From: Candidatus Micrarchaeota archaeon
GTDB lineage: Archaea > Iainarchaeota > Iainarchaeia > Iainarchaeales > JAGVWC01
NCBI GenBank assembly: GCA_043803815.1
Contig: JAZDJR010000013.1
Coordinates: forward strand, 1-18,470
Direction: 5' to 3'
DNA: 18,470 bases
Shown here: piece by piece, positions 15,716 to 18,470 of the stretch
How the letters are laid out: each line of letters opens with the position of its first letter
How positions within the stretch are numbered: the stretch's first letter is position 1
Notes under the pieces: model-generated
Database searches by the model: none
The model's input: the letters and a program-made list of their open reading frames with translations, nothing else
Told to the model about the DNA's origin: nothing
Program-made: the position numbers and the translations under genes

Positions 15716-16351
15716 TTATTTGTATAATTGGCGGTTTAACCTTTCGATTTCGGTCCGGTTCATGAGTTTAACCAGCTGGTTGGAATACGCGTGAATCATT
15801 TGCGCCATGTCCAATAAGCCTTCCTGCAAATCGTGGCCGTCAAATTGGATTGTGCTGGGTTTTAGGACTTCGATGGAAGAAGGGCCGTAGTAATACATGA
15901 ATTTGACCAGGGTTTTGAAGTCTTTGATGCCGATAGTCAAATCCAAAAAAGTGGAATACCAGTCGTCGTCTTTGAGCGTGGTTGCTTTGGAAATATTGTA
16001 AACCGTAAACTCGGGGTCGTTTTGGATGGCTTCGCCGAGTTTATCCAGTTGTTTTTTGAGCAATTCCGGTTCAATGGCTTTTAGTTCGATGGTGGCGCGA
16101 ACCCGCAGGCCGAATTTGTCTTTTTCCGCGATTTCTTTTCTGCGCGACAGTTCTTCAGCGATTTCTTTTTTCAAGGAATAGCGCGTCGGAAAGCCGTCTT
16201 TTTTTTCCACCAAATCGAGTTTGACGAGTTCTTTCAGTTCGTTGGCTATTTTGCCGGACGAACAACCGGAAACCTTGGCGAGTTCATCCGCGGTTTTAGG
16301 CGCGTTTATCAGGTGCAAGGCCAGTTTTTTTTGTTCTTCTGAAAAAGACAT
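15716..16351 (-). CDS. Winged-HTH (ArsR/TrmB-like) domain fused to an uncharacterised archaeal domain
   Basis: The N-terminal PKTADELAKVSG.S..KI..ELKELVKLDLVEK....TRY is a wHTH pattern. The C-terminal alpha/beta domain carries YGPSSIEVLKP. Confidence 0.75.
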   Translation of the reverse strand: MSFSEEQKKLALHLINAPKTADELAKVSGCSSGKIANELKELVKLDLVEKKDGFPTRYSLKKEIAEELSRRKEIAEKDKFGLRVRATIELKAIEPELLKKQLDKLGEAIQNDPEFTVYNISKATTLKDDDWYSTFLDLTIGIKDFKTLVKFMYYYGPSSIEVLKPSTIQFDGHDLQEGLLDMAQMIHAYSNQLVKLMNRTEIERLNRQLYK

Positions 16352-16405
16352 ACTAAAACAGGTTAACCAAGTTATTTTAATCCCTTATTCAGCTCAATTC
16401 GTAGT

Positions 16406-16726
16406 ATGGTGCTGGATACTATTCCCAATCAGCTGGGCCAGACAACCGCCGATTCCGCGGTTCAGGCGGGCCGGCAGGCGTTAGCGTTTGTCGGCGACCC
16501 CGCGATATTGATTTTTGGCATTGTTTTGGTCATTGCCGCGGTTTTGATATTGTATTTTTTAAAACAATTCCTCGTTAACTCGATTCTTGGAGTCGTTGCA
16601 TGGGTAATTCTTAATTTTGTGTTTAATATTCACCTGCCGTTTTGGCTTAGCCTGATTGTCGGCGTTATTTTCGGGCTTGCGGGCATCGGCGTACTTTTGG
16701 TGCTGCGTTTTTTGGGAATCCTGTAA
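16406..16726 (+). CDS. Small membrane protein resembling the BofA (pro-sigmaK processing inhibitor) family
   Basis: Three hydrophobic segments. NSILG....ILN.....LP......GVIFGLAGIGVLLVL matches the BofA pattern N...G.....N...IP......G..G.PG. Confidence 0.65.
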   Translation: MVLDTIPNQLGQTTADSAVQAGRQALAFVGDPAILIFGIVLVIAAVLILYFLKQFLVNSILGVVAWVILNFVFNIHLPFWLSLIVGVIFGLAGIGVLLVLRFLGIL

Positions 16727-16774
16727 AACCAGCATATAGTATAAATTATAAGCGGTATTTTCCCTATTTTTCTT

Positions 16775-18052
16775 ATGCAGCCATTCGATTGCGACTTGCA
16801 TTTGCACGGCAAATTCGCGGGCGGAGTTTCCAAGGAATGCACGATTCCGGTTTTGGCGGAACAATCCCGCAAAAAGGGCCTGCAATTGCTGGTTACCGCC
16901 GATATTTCGCACCGTGACTGGCTAAGCCACGTCAAAAGCGAATTGGTCGAGGAATCCAACGGGATTTTTTCAGACAAGGAAAAAAAATGCCAATTTATTG
17001 TCGGAACCGAAGTTGAAGACAACCTGCGTATTCATCATCTGGTTTACCTGCCCGACCTGACGCGGGCAGCGGAATTCCGCGAAAAAGTCAAGCCGTTCGG
17101 GACTTTGGATTGTTCCATGTGCGGACGCCCAAAGCTTCGCCTGACCGCGGAACAAATCGCGCAAATCGTGCATGATATTGGCGGAATCATCGGACCCGGC
17201 CACGCGTTTACGCCTTATTCCGGAATTTTTGCGCACCATGATTCGTGGAAAGCGGCATATGGAAGCCAAGCGGAAAAAATATTATTTTTAGAATTAGGGC
17301 TTTCGGCGGATACCGCTTGGGCCGACCAAATGAAGCAAAACCACGAACTCGCATTTTTATCCAGTTCTGATGCACACTCTCCGTGGCCCCATAGACTGGG
17401 GCGCGAATGGAACCGGATTTTGCTTAAACAGCCGTCGTTTTCAGAATTAAAAAATGCGCTTTCCGAACGGACAGAACCGGCAATCATCATGAACGCGGGG
17501 CTGGACCCTTGCGAAGGAAAATACCATGCCACCGGTTGCAACGGCTGTTTCAAGCAATTTGAAATCGGCTTTGCTGAAAAACTCAAGTGGAAATGCCCGT
17601 TTTGCAAAGGCGAAATCAAGCGCGGAGTAAAAGACCGCATCATCCAATTAACCGATACGCCGGTTGGAAAGCATCCGGTTCACCGCGGAAAATATTTTCA
17701 TTCATTGCCGTTAGCCGAAATTTTGCAGCAAGTGTATCAAGTCGAAAATCCGCTTTCCAAAAAAGTGCAGAGCGCATGGGAAGACTTGGTGGAGCGCTTT
17801 GGCAATGAAATCCGGGTGCTGACGGATGTTTCCGAAAGCGAGTTGACGGAATTCAATCCGCAAATCGCAAAATACGTTTTGGCGTTTCGCAACGGCTGGG
17901 TGCACTACGAACCCGGCGGAGGAGGGCAATACGGAAAACCAACCGTGTGCCTTTCGCAGGAAGAATTCGAACGAGAAAAAAACCAGTTAAAAAAATCAAG
18001 CACCACGCAAAACAAGTTCCGCGGGCAAAAAACAATTGGGGAATACCGCTAA
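16775..18052 (+). CDS. endoQ: Endonuclease Q (PHP-family, TIGR00375-like) with Zn finger and C-terminal PIP box
   Basis: Motifs DLHLHGKF, EVED..RIHHL, GRP, GHAFTP, ELGLSAD, SDAHSP.PHRLGRE, GKYH.TGCNGC...CPFC, GVKDRI and PGGGGQYG; terminal QKTIGEY. Confidence 0.9.
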   Translation: MQPFDCDLHLHGKFAGGVSKECTIPVLAEQSRKKGLQLLVTADISHRDWLSHVKSELVEESNGIFSDKEKKCQFIVGTEVEDNLRIHHLVYLPDLTRAAEFREKVKPFGTLDCSMCGRPKLRLTAEQIAQIVHDIGGIIGPGHAFTPYSGIFAHHDSWKAAYGSQAEKILFLELGLSADTAWADQMKQNHELAFLSSSDAHSPWPHRLGREWNRILLKQPSFSELKNALSERTEPAIIMNAGLDPCEGKYHATGCNGCFKQFEIGFAEKLKWKCPFCKGEIKRGVKDRIIQLTDTPVGKHPVHRGKYFHSLPLAEILQQVYQVENPLSKKVQSAWEDLVERFGNEIRVLTDVSESELTEFNPQIAKYVLAFRNGWVHYEPGGGGQYGKPTVCLSQEEFEREKNQLKKSSTTQNKFRGQKTIGEYR

Positions 18053-18330
18053 CTTTCCTGTGCTTGACGCTTGGCCGCCAGACCATCCATGAGGTCATCT
18101 ATCTTTTCAATTTCGTGCAGCATGGTTATGAGCTGCACCTGCCTTCTCACTGCGCCGGGAAATCCGGCGTTCAAAGCGCTTCTAACCGCGGAAATCCATT
18201 CAATGCTCATGCGATGCTGTGCTTGTTGCATTTCTTCCAAGTATTGGATTTCCCGTCTTAAGCCTTGGAAATCAACCCATTTGGAGTCCAGCGCCTGCTT
18301 AAGAACTGCAATATGCCTGTCACTCGTAGC
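18049..18330 (-). pseudogene. 3' remnant of a hypothetical gene interrupted by an IS
   Basis: The frame stays open and protein-like (ATSDRHIAVLKQALDSKWVDFQGLRREIQYLEEMQQ...QAQES*) up to the IS boundary. There is no start codon in its first 30 codons. Confidence 0.6.
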
Positions 18331-18470
18331 GGCTCCGTTGAAAGTCTCATTTTGTGCCTCCGATGTTGAGGTTGTCGGCTATCATGCGTAGCAGGACTTC
18401 TTTTCGTTGTTGGCGGGTTTGGCGGGAGTAGAGGAACCCGCCGAACAAGCGTTTGAGTCGGCTGATGGCC
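18331..18470 (-). mobile_element. Downstream end of an IS5-family (IS903-like) insertion sequence, truncated by the window edge
   Basis: The terminus GGCTCCGTTGAAAGTCTC resembles the IS903 inverted repeat GGCTTTGTTGAATAAATC and lies directly after the transposase stop. Confidence 0.8.
18347..18469 (-). CDS. IS5-family DDE transposase, C-terminal 40 aa (partial)
   Basis: Manual translation AISRLKRLFGGFLYSRQTRQQRKEVLLRMIADNLNIGGTK* fits the IS5 C-terminal pattern (E)..FS.LKR.FG..L.SR....Q..E......NL. Not in the supplied ORF track. Confidence 0.85.
   Translation of the reverse strand, partial: AISRLKRLFGGFLYSRQTRQQRKEVLLRMIADNLNIGGTK

Noticed and set aside
18258-18350. 30-aa ORF with a GGAGG SD overlapping the transposase stop (ATGA)
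   Set aside because: It runs through the IS terminal repeat and is out of frame with the downstream remnant; likely incidental.
227-18391. Numerous 60-180 aa antisense or alternate-frame ORFs in the track
   Set aside because: They overlap well-supported genes and have no recognisable motifs. No tRNA or rRNA genes were recognised either.

Overview
Archaeal chromosomal segment: it has archaeal uL16/L10e, Dph2, aRF1 and archaeal-type PyrH, GGTGA/GAGGTGA ribosome-binding sites and TTTAAA TATA boxes. Gene style suggests a DPANN lineage, possibly Iainarchaeota/Diapherotrites (inference only). From left to right: two tandem secreted Tyr/Pro-rich mini-proteins; a housekeeping block (rpl10e with a long charged tail, dph2, pyrH, prf1, a TraB/ChaN-like orphan, truD); a cell-envelope block (flippase-like protein, AglB/STT3-like GT-C protein lacking WWDYG, cellulose-synthase-like GT2, membrane-anchored protein, degenerate 15-bp repeat array, 925-aa S-layer protein with a structured leader); a wHTH fusion protein; a BofA-like membrane protein; EndoQ; and the end of an IS5-family element that interrupts a gene. 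The most interesting lead is a possible non-canonical glycosylation system. The S-layer protein is about 3-fold enriched in D-x-N (mostly without +2 S/T), and it lies near an oligosaccharyltransferase-like protein that has lost the +2 S/T-reading WWD motif. All calls come from manual motif recognition and hand counts; no searches were run.
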